Below are positions 1 to 12,654 of a stretch of 64,000 bases of DNA, piece by piece. Within the stretch, counting starts at the first letter, position 1. Every line of letters begins with the position of its first letter. Origin of the DNA: Myxococcales bacterium (lineage in GTDB: Bacteria > Myxococcota_A > Polyangia > Polyangiales > DASUME01); assembly GCA_047601445.1 (NCBI GenBank), contig JASGJH010000001.1, positions 2,656,001 to 2,720,000 of the forward strand, in the 5' to 3' direction. The notes beneath the pieces are model-generated. The model saw only the letters and a program-made list of their open reading frames with translations, was not told where the DNA came from and did no database searches. The translations under genes were made by a program, and so were the position numbers.

Positions 1-411
1 CGTTCCACTTCCCAGCGACGGCTGGTCACCGATGTGTTCTTCCGTTCGGGGGGCCATCTGTCGATCGAGGACCTGCTGGCCAAGGTGCGCGAGCAGGATC
101 CGCGCGTTGGCTACGCCACCGTGTACCGCACGCTTCGCCTGTTGGCCGAGTGCCATTTGGCCAACGTGAGGCACTTCGGGGATGGCGTGGCCCGCTACGA
201 GCTGGCCGATGAGGGCGAACACCACCACGACCACTTGATCTGCATGGGCTGCAATCGGATCGTGGAGTTCGAGGACGAGGCCATCGAGGTGCTGCAGGAT
301 CGCGTGGCGGAGCGCTATGGCTTCAAACTGCGCAGCCACAAGCACGAGCTCTACGGGGTTTGCCCCGATTGCCAGGCCCAGGGCAGAAACGTGGACGGCG
401 AGGCTCGCTGA
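1..411 (+). CDS. fur: Fur/Zur-family transcriptional regulator (5' end truncated by window edge)
   Basis: Frame is open from base 1 (RSTSQRRLV...). Contains ATVYRTL helix, HHDHLIC motif and two CxxC motifs (CMGC, CPDC). Confidence 0.9.
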   Translation, partial: RSTSQRRLVTDVFFRSGGHLSIEDLLAKVREQDPRVGYATVYRTLRLLAECHLANVRHFGDGVARYELADEGEHHHDHLICMGCNRIVEFEDEAIEVLQDRVAERYGFKLRSHKHELYGVCPDCQAQGRNVDGEAR

Positions 412-526
412 GGCGGACCGGGACGAGCTGCGCTGAGGCGAGCCGGGCCCCACGATTTCACGGCAGGATGGTTCCTGGCGACCCGCTAGCGGCGCTCGCG
501 GACGAACCGCGCTACGACCGTGAGCC

Positions 527-2461
527 GTGACGATCCTGACCGCAAGCGCGCTGACCAAGAGCTTTGGCCCCCACACGGTATTGTCAGGGGTCGACCTGAG
601 CATCCATCAAGGGGAACGCGTGGGGCTCGTGGGAGCCAACGGCTCGGGCAAGAGCACCCTGGCGCGCATTCTGGTGGGGGAAGACACACCCGACACCGGC
701 GAGATCGCAGTGCGCCGCGAGGCCCGCGTGCTGTACCTGGCGCAGGTGCCGGCCGTGGATCCGGCGCGCAGCGCGCTCGACACCGTGCTGATGGGTCTCA
801 CGACCTGGTGGCAAGCGCGTGAACGCTACGAGCGGGCCAGCCGGGAACTCGAGGGCGGTGCGAGCGCAAATCTGGAGAAGGTACTAGCCGAGCAAACCAA
901 GGCCTACGCGGAGCTGGAGCAACACGGTGGATTCGACGTCTCCCATCGTGCGCTGTCGGTCCTCGGCTCGCTCGGTGTGAGGGAGCCGGAAGCCCGCGTG
1001 GGCAACATGAGCGGCGGCGAGCAGCGCCGCGTGGCCTTGGCGCGCTTGCTGGTGGCCGAGCCCGATCTGGCGATCCTGGACGAGCCCACCAATCACCTCG
1101 ACATCGACGCCATCGAGTGGCTCGAGACGCACCTGGCCGAGCAGTTTCGCGGCTCGGTGCTGCTGATCAGCCACGATCGCTACTTCCTCGACGGCGTGGT
1201 GGACCGCACCCTCGAAGTGGAGCGAGGCAAGGTCTACGGCTACGACGGCGGCTTCGCGGACTATCTACGCGGCAAGGCGGAGCGCATCGCGCTGGCCGAA
1301 CGCACCGAGCAGAACCGCCAGAACTTCTTGCGCAAGGAGCTCGACTGGCTGAGCCGCAGCCCACCCGCGCGCACCACCAAGCAGCAGGCACGTATCCAGC
1401 GCGCAGAGCAGGCACTGCAGAACCGGCCCGCCCCCAAGGCCCAGAAGCTGGAGCTGGAGCTGGCCACCGCGCGCGGCGGCAAGAGCATCCTCGACCTCGA
1501 GCGGGTGAGTATCGACTCGCCGGCCGAAGCCCGCGCGCCGCGCCGCCTGGTCAACGACCTCACGCTTCACCTCACCCAGGGCGAGCGCCTCGGCATCCTG
1601 GGTCCCAATGGCTGCGGCAAGAGCACGCTGCTGCGTGCCGTGCTTGGCGAGCACCCACTGGCCAGCGGGCGCCTCACGCTGGGCAAGAACGCGAGGGTCG
1701 CTTACTTGAGCCAGCACCGCACGGGGCTCGACGAGGACAAGAGCATCCTCGAGAACGTCACGGAAGGACGCTCCCACGTGCGCGTGGGCGAGCGCGAATT
1801 CCACGCCATGAGTTACCTGGAGAACTTCCTCTTCAGTGGGAGCGAGGTCCGCAAGCCCGTCAAGGCCTTGAGTGGCGGCGAGCGCACCCGGGTCGCGCTG
1901 GCCAAGCTCCTACGTCAGGAAACCAGCCTGCTGCTGCTCGACGAGCCCACCAACGATCTCGACCTCGACACCTTGGCCGCGCTCGAAGGGCTGCTGCTCG
2001 AGCATGACATCACAGCCATCGTGGTCACCCACGACCGCTGGTTCTTGGATCGCATCGCGACCTCCATCCTGTGGTTCGAGGGCGACGCGCGCGTCACGAA
2101 GCTGGCTGGCAACTACACCAACGTGCGCGCCTACCGCGACAAGCAGCAGCGCACGGAGAGCGCCGCTGCGTCCAGCGCCCAGGCAGCCTCGACACGGCCC
2201 AATCAGGCTCTTTCGAGCCCTGCCGCCCCGAGCAAGAAGGGGCTCTCCTACAAGGAGCAAAAGGAGCTCGACGGCATCGAAGGGCTGATCGCCAAGGCCG
2301 ACGAGCGCGTGACGGAACTCGACGCGTTGCTTTCAGATCCCAGCGTGTACCAGACGCGCGCCGCCGAGGTCCCCGAGCTGGTGGCGGAGCGGGATCGTCA
2401 GCGTGCAGAGTCAGAGCGGCTGATGAACCGCTGGGCCGAACTCGAGGAGAAGCGCGGCTAG
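527..2461 (+). CDS. ABC-F family ATPase (Uup-like)
   Basis: Two ABC domains ([46 protein letters not shown]), no TM helices, C-terminal coiled coil (LSYKEQKEL...RWAELE). Confidence 0.9.
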   Translation: MTILTASALTKSFGPHTVLSGVDLSIHQGERVGLVGANGSGKSTLARILVGEDTPDTGEIAVRREARVLYLAQVPAVDPARSALDTVLMGLTTWWQARERYERASRELEGGASANLEKVLAEQTKAYAELEQHGGFDVSHRALSVLGSLGVREPEARVGNMSGGEQRRVALARLLVAEPDLAILDEPTNHLDIDAIEWLETHLAEQFRGSVLLISHDRYFLDGVVDRTLEVERGKVYGYDGGFADYLRGKAERIALAERTEQNRQNFLRKELDWLSRSPPARTTKQQARIQRAEQALQNRPAPKAQKLELELATARGGKSILDLERVSIDSPAEARAPRRLVNDLTLHLTQGERLGILGPNGCGKSTLLRAVLGEHPLASGRLTLGKNARVAYLSQHRTGLDEDKSILENVTEGRSHVRVGEREFHAMSYLENFLFSGSEVRKPVKALSGGERTRVALAKLLRQETSLLLLDEPTNDLDLDTLAALEGLLLEHDITAIVVTHDRWFLDRIATSILWFEGDARVTKLAGNYTNVRAYRDKQQRTESAAASSAQAASTRPNQALSSPAAPSKKGLSYKEQKELDGIEGLIAKADERVTELDALLSDPSVYQTRAAEVPELVAERDRQRAESERLMNRWAELEEKRG

Positions 2462-2537
2462 TCTGCGCTCACAGGAGTAAGCGCGACTCACTCCCGGTCG
2501 GGCGCGCTTGGCGCTCTCGAGCAGCGCTCGAATGCGC

Positions 2538-3476
2538 TCAGTGGCCGCGCGCCTTCGCGATGGCCTCGCGTGCGGGGCCGAGGTCGGCGGGCCCTTGCAC
2601 GTTCACGCAGCTCGCAGTCTTGTCGATGCGACGGATCAGCCCGCTCAGCACCTTGCCCGCGCCGATCTCGACGAACAGCGTCACGCCGTCGGCGATCATG
2701 CGCGTGACGCTCTCTTGCCAACGCACCGGCCGACTGACCTGGCGAATCAGGGCATCGCGCGCCTCGCCCCCGCCGCCCACCGGAGCCGCCGTGACATTGG
2801 CGTAGATCTGGGCACGTGGCTCAGCGAAGGCCGCGGCCGTGAGGTGCGGGGTCAGGCGCTCCTCCGCGGGCTTCATCAAGCTCGAGTGGAAGGGAGCACT
2901 CACCGGTAGCATCATCACCTTGCAGCCGAGGGCCTGCAGAGCCGGCGTGATCTCTTTGACGGCCCCTGCATCCCCGGCGATGACGACTTGGCCCGGCGAG
3001 TTGTAGTTCACCGCTTCCACGGCACCGCCCTTGGCGCTCGCCTCGCGACAGGCCAGCTCGATCGCCGCCAGATCGCCGCCGATCAACGCCGCCATGGCGC
3101 CTTGCCCCACCGGGACGGCCTCTTGCATGTAGGTGCCGCGCTTGCGCACGAGGGTCACCGCTTGCTCGAAGGGCAGCGTCCCCGCCGCGACGTTGGCACT
3201 GTATTCGCCGAGGCTATGACCTGCGACCACATCGGGCGACTCGCCGAGCGCGCGAAATAGGGCCGTGGACACCGTCAACAAGGCGGGCTGCGTGTTGGCC
3301 GTCAGCCGAAGATCGGCCTCGGGACCTTCGAAACACAGCGTCGAGAGACGCTCCCCCAGCGCCTCGTCGGCCGCGTCGAACACGGCGCGCGCGGCGGGCT
3401 CTGCCTCGTAGGACAGCTTGCCCATCCCGACCGCCTGCGATCCCTGCCCTGGAAATACGAACGCTATCTTCCCCAT
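2538..3476 (-). CDS. fabD: malonyl-CoA:ACP transacylase
   Basis: FVFPGQGSQ, GHSLGEY and SAPFHS motifs. ATG at 3476 is preceded by a GAGGAG RBS. Confidence 0.95.
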   Translation of the reverse strand: MGKIAFVFPGQGSQAVGMGKLSYEAEPAARAVFDAADEALGERLSTLCFEGPEADLRLTANTQPALLTVSTALFRALGESPDVVAGHSLGEYSANVAAGTLPFEQAVTLVRKRGTYMQEAVPVGQGAMAALIGGDLAAIELACREASAKGGAVEAVNYNSPGQVVIAGDAGAVKEITPALQALGCKVMMLPVSAPFHSSLMKPAEERLTPHLTAAAFAEPRAQIYANVTAAPVGGGGEARDALIRQVSRPVRWQESVTRMIADGVTLFVEIGAGKVLSGLIRRIDKTASCVNVQGPADLGPAREAIAKARGH

Positions 3477-3580
3477 CGGCTCCTCGTCGGGCCGGCTTAC
3501 TCCTTTTCGCCACAGCTCGCCACAGTCCGAAGAGCGCACAAAGCACTCATGTTGGGCGCGTACTTTGGTAGGATTCCCAG

Positions 3581-4831
3581 GTGGGGGACGAGCGCATACG
3601 AGTGACCGACACGGGCGGCGTCAGCATCGCGGCGCCTGCCCTGAAGAGCCGACTCGCGACTCAGGCCGGCGAATACCGGGCCCACGAAGGACCGAACGGG
3701 ACCTGGCTCCTCTTGCGCGTGATGGAGCAAAACAGCGGTCACGCAGCGGTGCGGGTCCTGATGATGGGAGAGCTCATCCACCGCATGACCGTGGTCGAGA
3801 TCATCAATTTGGTGATGTCCTCGAACTGGCGCGGCGAGCTGCACCTGGTGAGCCCGAACGGACGCCGTGTGCTCGGGGTCGACCAAGGCGCCCTCAAGTA
3901 CGCGCGGACCGACTTCGATTCCGAGCACCTCGGGGAGATCCTCGTGCGCGCCGGCCTCATCGAGCGTGGGCAGCTGGCCAGCGCGCTGCGCGAGCAAACC
4001 GCCGACAAGCGGCTGGGCCAGATGATCGTGGAGCGCGGATTGGTGCCCCAGGAGGCCCTGTTCAAGCAGCTGAAGCGCCAAGCGGAGATCATCTTCAACG
4101 GAGCCCTGCTCGCGGACCGCGGCATGTACTGGTTCGTAGCGCACCAGGACGACGCGCAGGTGCCGCCTGCCACGGTGCACCTCTCGATTCAGGGCCTCTT
4201 GATGGAGGGCGTGCAGCAGATCGACGAGATGGGGCTCTTCCGCGAGCGCATCCCGCACAACGGTTTCTACCCGACCATCGTCCCCAACGCCCCCAAGTCC
4301 AAGGCCGAAGGACTCGACACCCTCGCCCTCGAGATCCTGCTCTCGTGCGACGGCACGTGCAGCATCGACGACCTCACGCGGGCCCGCAGCATCGGCGAGT
4401 TCCCCGTATTGAAGGCCGTCTACGAGCTATTGCGAGCGGGTCAGGTGACACTCCGTCGCGGTCCTCGCCTCGATCCCAAAACGGCCGAGCGCCTGGTGCG
4501 CCAATTCAACGAGCTCATCCTCGACGTGTTCCTGGTAGTCGCCACCTACGGCCGCATGGACGCCACGCGTCGTGCACTGGGCGATTGGCTCGCGAGCAGC
4601 CCGCACGGGGCCATCCTCGGCCACCAGCTCGACATCGACGGCACGCTCAACGCGGCCCAGGTGATCGCGCGGCTCGAGACGGGCAACGATGACCCCATGA
4701 CCAACCTGCACCTGGCCCTGCAAGAGCTCGCCACCTACGCGCTCTTCATCGCCAGCAACGGCCTCGATCGCCTCGAGGAACAGAGCCTCGCGCGCGACGT
4801 GACCATGCGCCTCAAGGCGATGGTGCTCTGA
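3581..4831 (+). CDS. DUF4388-like protein with tandem MshEN-type repeats
   Basis: N-terminal GEL..MTVVEIINLV...WRGELHL pattern, followed by HLGEILVRAGLI...ALREQ and RLGQMIVERGLV...LKRQ. Architecture typical of myxobacteria. Confidence 0.7.
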   Translation: MGDERIRVTDTGGVSIAAPALKSRLATQAGEYRAHEGPNGTWLLLRVMEQNSGHAAVRVLMMGELIHRMTVVEIINLVMSSNWRGELHLVSPNGRRVLGVDQGALKYARTDFDSEHLGEILVRAGLIERGQLASALREQTADKRLGQMIVERGLVPQEALFKQLKRQAEIIFNGALLADRGMYWFVAHQDDAQVPPATVHLSIQGLLMEGVQQIDEMGLFRERIPHNGFYPTIVPNAPKSKAEGLDTLALEILLSCDGTCSIDDLTRARSIGEFPVLKAVYELLRAGQVTLRRGPRLDPKTAERLVRQFNELILDVFLVVATYGRMDATRRALGDWLASSPHGAILGHQLDIDGTLNAAQVIARLETGNDDPMTNLHLALQELATYALFIASNGLDRLEEQSLARDVTMRLKAMVL

Positions 4832-4896
4832 GAGGCCAGAAGCCTCGTAGCGGAGAGCGTGCGCGGGCACGCGTCCGTGGAGGTTGCAGCGTCTAG

Positions 4897-7047
<2,151 letters not shown>

Positions 7048-7264
7048 GGTGGAGTTTTGCCCCATAGGGGATAGCGACGGTGCTCTCATTGAGCCCGCCG
7101 CAAGCTGCAAGTGGTGATCGCGATGCGCCCGCTCCAGAGGGCAGTCCCGAAGCTCCCTGGCGAACGCTTCGAAGACGGGATCAACAAAACCACCATCACA
7201 AGTTAACACCGGCTTTTTGGGCCATCAAGGTTCTGTCGCGAGTCCTCCCTGGAACACCTCATCG

Positions 7265-7644
7265 ATGTCTGGCTATTTCTCGCCCCAGTTGCGCCGCCGT
7301 CTCGCGCCCCTTTTGTTGGGCGTGGGGCTCCTACTATTCGGTAAGATAGCCCACGAGGAGATGCCTCGTGAACAGCTCGTTCGCTATTCATTGAGTCCCG
7401 CGCAACAGAGCACAGCCCAAGAAGTGCGGGTGACCTACACCTCAGACGGGGATGTCTTGTCGGGTATCGAGCAGAGATTCCCGGCCGGGGCCCCCGCCGA
7501 GTTCAGCCACTCCCCTTCCCTCAAACCAGGCCATTATGCGGTTTCTATCGACCTTATCGCGCGCGATGGCCAGGTGACGCACCTGCGTCGGGCGCTGGAG
7601 GTTCCCACCGAGGCGCCCCCCCGCATCTCCCTGGCGAACGGCCC

Positions 7645-7648
<4 letters not shown>
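7265..7648 (+). CDS. small hypothetical protein with an N-terminal membrane anchor
   Basis: Hydrophobic [14 protein letters not shown] followed by a beta-rich segment. Stop overlaps the next ATG (ATGA). Confidence 0.65.
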
Positions 7649-9021
<1,373 letters not shown>

Positions 9022-9175
9022 GCCCGGAGTGCGCCTCGCGCGTGCTCGCGGGTCCTGCTTGCGGCTCGCGGGCGGAGGCGCCCACTTCGAAGGAGCAGCG
9101 AACCCCGAACGGCCACGGGACGGCACGGTCATCGCTGCCACAGGCTGGTGCGGCTTGTACTAAGATGCCGCCGCC

Positions 9176-11962
9176 TTGACCCAAGAAGAAGATACGCCCC
9201 CCGCCGCCGAACCGGTCACTCCCGGCAGCCAGGACCAGCCGCCCGCCGCCGAGCGCGCAGCGGCGCCGTTGCCCGCTCCCCCCGCGAAGGCCGAGCGCCC
9301 CTGGCTGGGCGTCGCACTGTTCTTGGGTGGGGCCCTCGCGACGTTCTTCATAATGAGCCAGGACCGCCACATCGCGTTCGGCCCGCTGTGGGGGACCCTG
9401 ACCACGCTGGTAGCCGCGGCCGGCGTGCTGGAGCTGTGCGATTTGCTGCGGGCGCGACCGGGCGACGACCCCCTCGCGTCGCGCCTGTTCGCGCCCTTGC
9501 CGGGCGAGCCGCTGTGGATGGCTCCCCGCGTGACCTTCCCGCTCGCCGTGGCCATCGTGGTGTTGGGCGGCCTGATCGGCGGTGCCGACGGCTTGCCCCT
9601 GCCGCTCTTGCTGGCGCTGCTGGCGTTGTTCGTCTCCGGCTTGCGGCGCCCGTCGCTGTTCGTGTTCGTGGCGGCTTCGCTGCTCCTCCTGCCGATGCTG
9701 GGGAGCTTCGGCCTGTGGGATCCGTGGGAGACGCACTACGGCGAGGTCGCGCGCGAGATCCTGGCACGAGACGACTGGATCACGCTGTGGTGGGCGCAGG
9801 ACGAGTGGTTCCGCTCCAAGCCCGTGTTGATCTTCTGGATGGAGGCGCTGGCCTGGGGTGCGCTGGGCATGCCTTTCGGGGCCGACGCGAACCCGGGACA
9901 TCCCGAGTGGGCGATCCGATTGCCCCATTACGTGCTCACGATGGGCGCCTTGATGGCCTGCTACTGGGCCATGGCGCGCATCTTCGGCAAGCGCACGGCC
10001 GTGTTCGCCTCGCTCGTGCTCGCGACCACGCCCTATTTCTTCCTGATGGCGCACCAGGCCATCACCGACATGCCCTTCGTGGCGACCATGACCATCGCGC
10101 TCGCGCTGTTCTTGGTCGCGGTGGAGGAGGCGCCCGAGCAGGAGGTGCAGCGCTATCGGATCGGAAAGCTCGCGTGCTCGGGCCAGGGTCTAGTGCTCTT
10201 GGCCCTGGTGATGCTGGCGCTACCGCAGGCGCTCTATCTGATCAGCCGCAACGTGACCTTCCTGGTCGACGATGGTCTGTTCTCGGTGCACGTGGACCGC
10301 TTCATGTTCGGCTCCGCAGGTAACTCCGAGATCCCGGGCAATCCGGCGATCCGTTCGCGCATGCCCTACTTGCCGGAGCTCTGGTACCAGCCCTTGGCCC
10401 AGGGCGTGTTGTGGCTGGTGGGTCTGTGCGAGTTGATCTGGATGCTGCGCAAGGAGCGGCGCACGCAACAGCTCGCGATGTTCGGCTTCTACCTGTTTTG
10501 TTCGCTGGCCTGGATGGCCAAGGGCATCCCCGGCTTCGCGTTGCCGGGCATCATCGCGGCCTTTTATCTGTTCGCCACGGCCCGCTGGTCCCTGCTGCTG
10601 TCGGGTCGACTGCGCATTGGCGCGGGCATCCTCACCATCGCAGTTACGGGCTTGCCCTGGTACGTGGCGATGTACGGACGCCTCGGGCCGTTCTTCACGG
10701 ATCGCCTGCTGATCCACGATCACATCAATCGCCTGGCCTCCGGCGTGCACGGCGACACGGGCAGCATCGAGTATTTCCTGGCGCAGCTCGGCTACGGAGC
10801 GTTCCCGTGGATCGGGCTGTTCCCGCTGGGCTTCGTGGCATTCCTGAACTTGCTGCCGCCGGGGGACGAAGCCCACGAGCGAAAGCGCCGTTCGGCGATC
10901 CTGCTGGCGCTGTGGGCGAGCGCGGCGTTCGTGCTGTTCAACGCGATGATCACCAAGTTCCACCACTACATCTTCCCGGCGGTCCCCCCGTTCGCGCTGC
11001 TGATCGGCGTGTTCCTGGATCGCGCACTCGGGCGTAACGGAGAGCTGCGACGGGAATGGGGTGCGGTGGCCCTGACGCTGGCCGGGACGCTCGCGCTGGT
11101 GCTGGCGGGCGGATCCATCTATGGCGACGTGCGCGGCGTGATCCCCGAGAACGTGACGGGCGCGGCCCGCGCCACGTGGATCGCAGACCATGGACTCTCG
11201 AACACGCTGGTCGCGGTGCTGGTGGGAGTCGGGATCGCGCTGCTGTGGGCGGCACGCAAGGTGCTCGGGCCGAGCGAGACTACGCCGGCAGTGAACACCC
11301 AGGACACGGCGACCGCGAGCTCGAGTGAGCGCGCCGTGTTCGGCCTGGCGTTGCTCGGGGCGGCAGTGCTGGTGGCGTTCGCTGGGCGTGATTTGGGCTG
11401 GATGCTCACGGAACGTCCGCTGGGACACGAGAAACTGATCCAGCTCTTCATCTACAACTACGGGCGCCCCTTCCCCGACTATCTCGACTATCGGCCCATC
11501 ATCACGGGGTTCGCGCTCACATTCTTCGTGCTCTTGCTGGTCGCCAGCTATCACCAGCTACGCAAGGTCGCTCTGTACGGGGTGCTGACCACGGCCTTCT
11601 GGTTCTCGGCCTGGGCGCTCAACGTGTACATGATCGACCTCACCCCGCACTGGGGCCAACGCGAGCTGGTGAAGCGCTACTACGAGGAGCGCGCGGGCTC
11701 ACAGGAGCCGCTAATCGCGTGGCAGATGAACTGGAAGGGCGAGAACCTTTACACCGGCAATCGTGTGCACGTGTTCGTTCAGCTCGACAACAAGGCCGTC
11801 ACCAAGTGGATGGAGAAGCATCCAGGCACGCGCGCCTACTTCGTGCTCGAGCACTCGCGCCTCGGCAACTTCAAGCGCATGATGGGCAGCAAGCGCCACG
11901 TGGAGGAGCTCTCCACCGCGCGCGAGAACAACAAGTTCATCCTGGTGCGAGCCGACATCTGA
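9176..11962 (+). CDS. large GT-C fold glycosyltransferase (ArnT/PMT-like, GT83/GT39 type)
   Basis: Many TM segments, WDPWETHYGEVAREI acidic loop, SKPVLIFW, PWY, TKFHHYIFP. TTG start is uncertain. Confidence 0.8.
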   Translation: MTQEEDTPPAAEPVTPGSQDQPPAAERAAAPLPAPPAKAERPWLGVALFLGGALATFFIMSQDRHIAFGPLWGTLTTLVAAAGVLELCDLLRARPGDDPLASRLFAPLPGEPLWMAPRVTFPLAVAIVVLGGLIGGADGLPLPLLLALLALFVSGLRRPSLFVFVAASLLLLPMLGSFGLWDPWETHYGEVAREILARDDWITLWWAQDEWFRSKPVLIFWMEALAWGALGMPFGADANPGHPEWAIRLPHYVLTMGALMACYWAMARIFGKRTAVFASLVLATTPYFFLMAHQAITDMPFVATMTIALALFLVAVEEAPEQEVQRYRIGKLACSGQGLVLLALVMLALPQALYLISRNVTFLVDDGLFSVHVDRFMFGSAGNSEIPGNPAIRSRMPYLPELWYQPLAQGVLWLVGLCELIWMLRKERRTQQLAMFGFYLFCSLAWMAKGIPGFALPGIIAAFYLFATARWSLLLSGRLRIGAGILTIAVTGLPWYVAMYGRLGPFFTDRLLIHDHINRLASGVHGDTGSIEYFLAQLGYGAFPWIGLFPLGFVAFLNLLPPGDEAHERKRRSAILLALWASAAFVLFNAMITKFHHYIFPAVPPFALLIGVFLDRALGRNGELRREWGAVALTLAGTLALVLAGGSIYGDVRGVIPENVTGAARATWIADHGLSNTLVAVLVGVGIALLWAARKVLGPSETTPAVNTQDTATASSSERAVFGLALLGAAVLVAFAGRDLGWMLTERPLGHEKLIQLFIYNYGRPFPDYLDYRPIITGFALTFFVLLLVASYHQLRKVALYGVLTTAFWFSAWALNVYMIDLTPHWGQRELVKRYYEERAGSQEPLIAWQMNWKGENLYTGNRVHVFVQLDNKAVTKWMEKHPGTRAYFVLEHSRLGNFKRMMGSKRHVEELSTARENNKFILVRADI

Positions 11963-11969
11963 GGAAGCC

Positions 11970-12605
11970 ATGCAGATCGGTGTCATCCCAGTCACGTCCT
12001 TCCAACAGAACTGCTCGGTGATCCACTGCGAGAAGACCAACCGCGGCGCGGTGGTGGACCCGGGCGGAGACGTGGGACTCATCCTCGAGTACATCGCCGA
12101 GGAAGGCATCGAGGTCGACAAGATCCTGCTCACGCACGCCCATGCCGACCACGCGGGTGCCACCAAGGCGCTCGCCGAGCAGCTCGGTGTGCCCGTGATC
12201 GGCCCGCACAAGGAAGACGAGTTCCTGATCCTGAGCATGAAGGAGCAGGGAATGATGTTCGGGTTCGCACATGCCGAGCCCTTCGAGCCGACGCAGTGGC
12301 TCTCGCACGGGGACGTAGTGACCGTGGGCGAGGAGTCATTCGAGGTTCGTCACTGCCCCGGCCACACCCCGGGACACGTGGTGTTCTACAATCGAGCTCA
12401 CGACTTCGTCCTCGTGGGCGACGTGCTGTTCCACGGCTCGATCGGGCGCACGGACTTTCCCCGCGGCGATCACGCGACACTGCTGCGCTCCATCAAGGAG
12501 CAGCTGCTGAGTCTGCCCGACGAGACCGGCTTCCTACCCGGCCATGGGCCCACCTCCACCATCGGCGTGGAGCGACGCACCAACCGATTCCTGCAGGACC
12601 TCTAG
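11970..12605 (+). CDS. MBL-fold metallo-hydrolase (YcbL/GloC-like)
   Basis: THAHADH, PGHTPGH, GDVLF..SIGRTD and PGHG motifs; GAGG RBS. Confidence 0.9.
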   Translation: MQIGVIPVTSFQQNCSVIHCEKTNRGAVVDPGGDVGLILEYIAEEGIEVDKILLTHAHADHAGATKALAEQLGVPVIGPHKEDEFLILSMKEQGMMFGFAHAEPFEPTQWLSHGDVVTVGEESFEVRHCPGHTPGHVVFYNRAHDFVLVGDVLFHGSIGRTDFPRGDHATLLRSIKEQLLSLPDETGFLPGHGPTSTIGVERRTNRFLQDL

Positions 12606-12654
12606 AACGACTTCCGCGTTCCGGCGGGCGTCGGCGCGCGCGCCCCTCTAGCCC

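Noticed and set aside
401..448. Short direct repeat (CGCTGAGGCG..CCGGG x2) at the fur 3' end
   Set aside because: Only two imperfect GC-rich copies; not a CRISPR array or a recognisable element.
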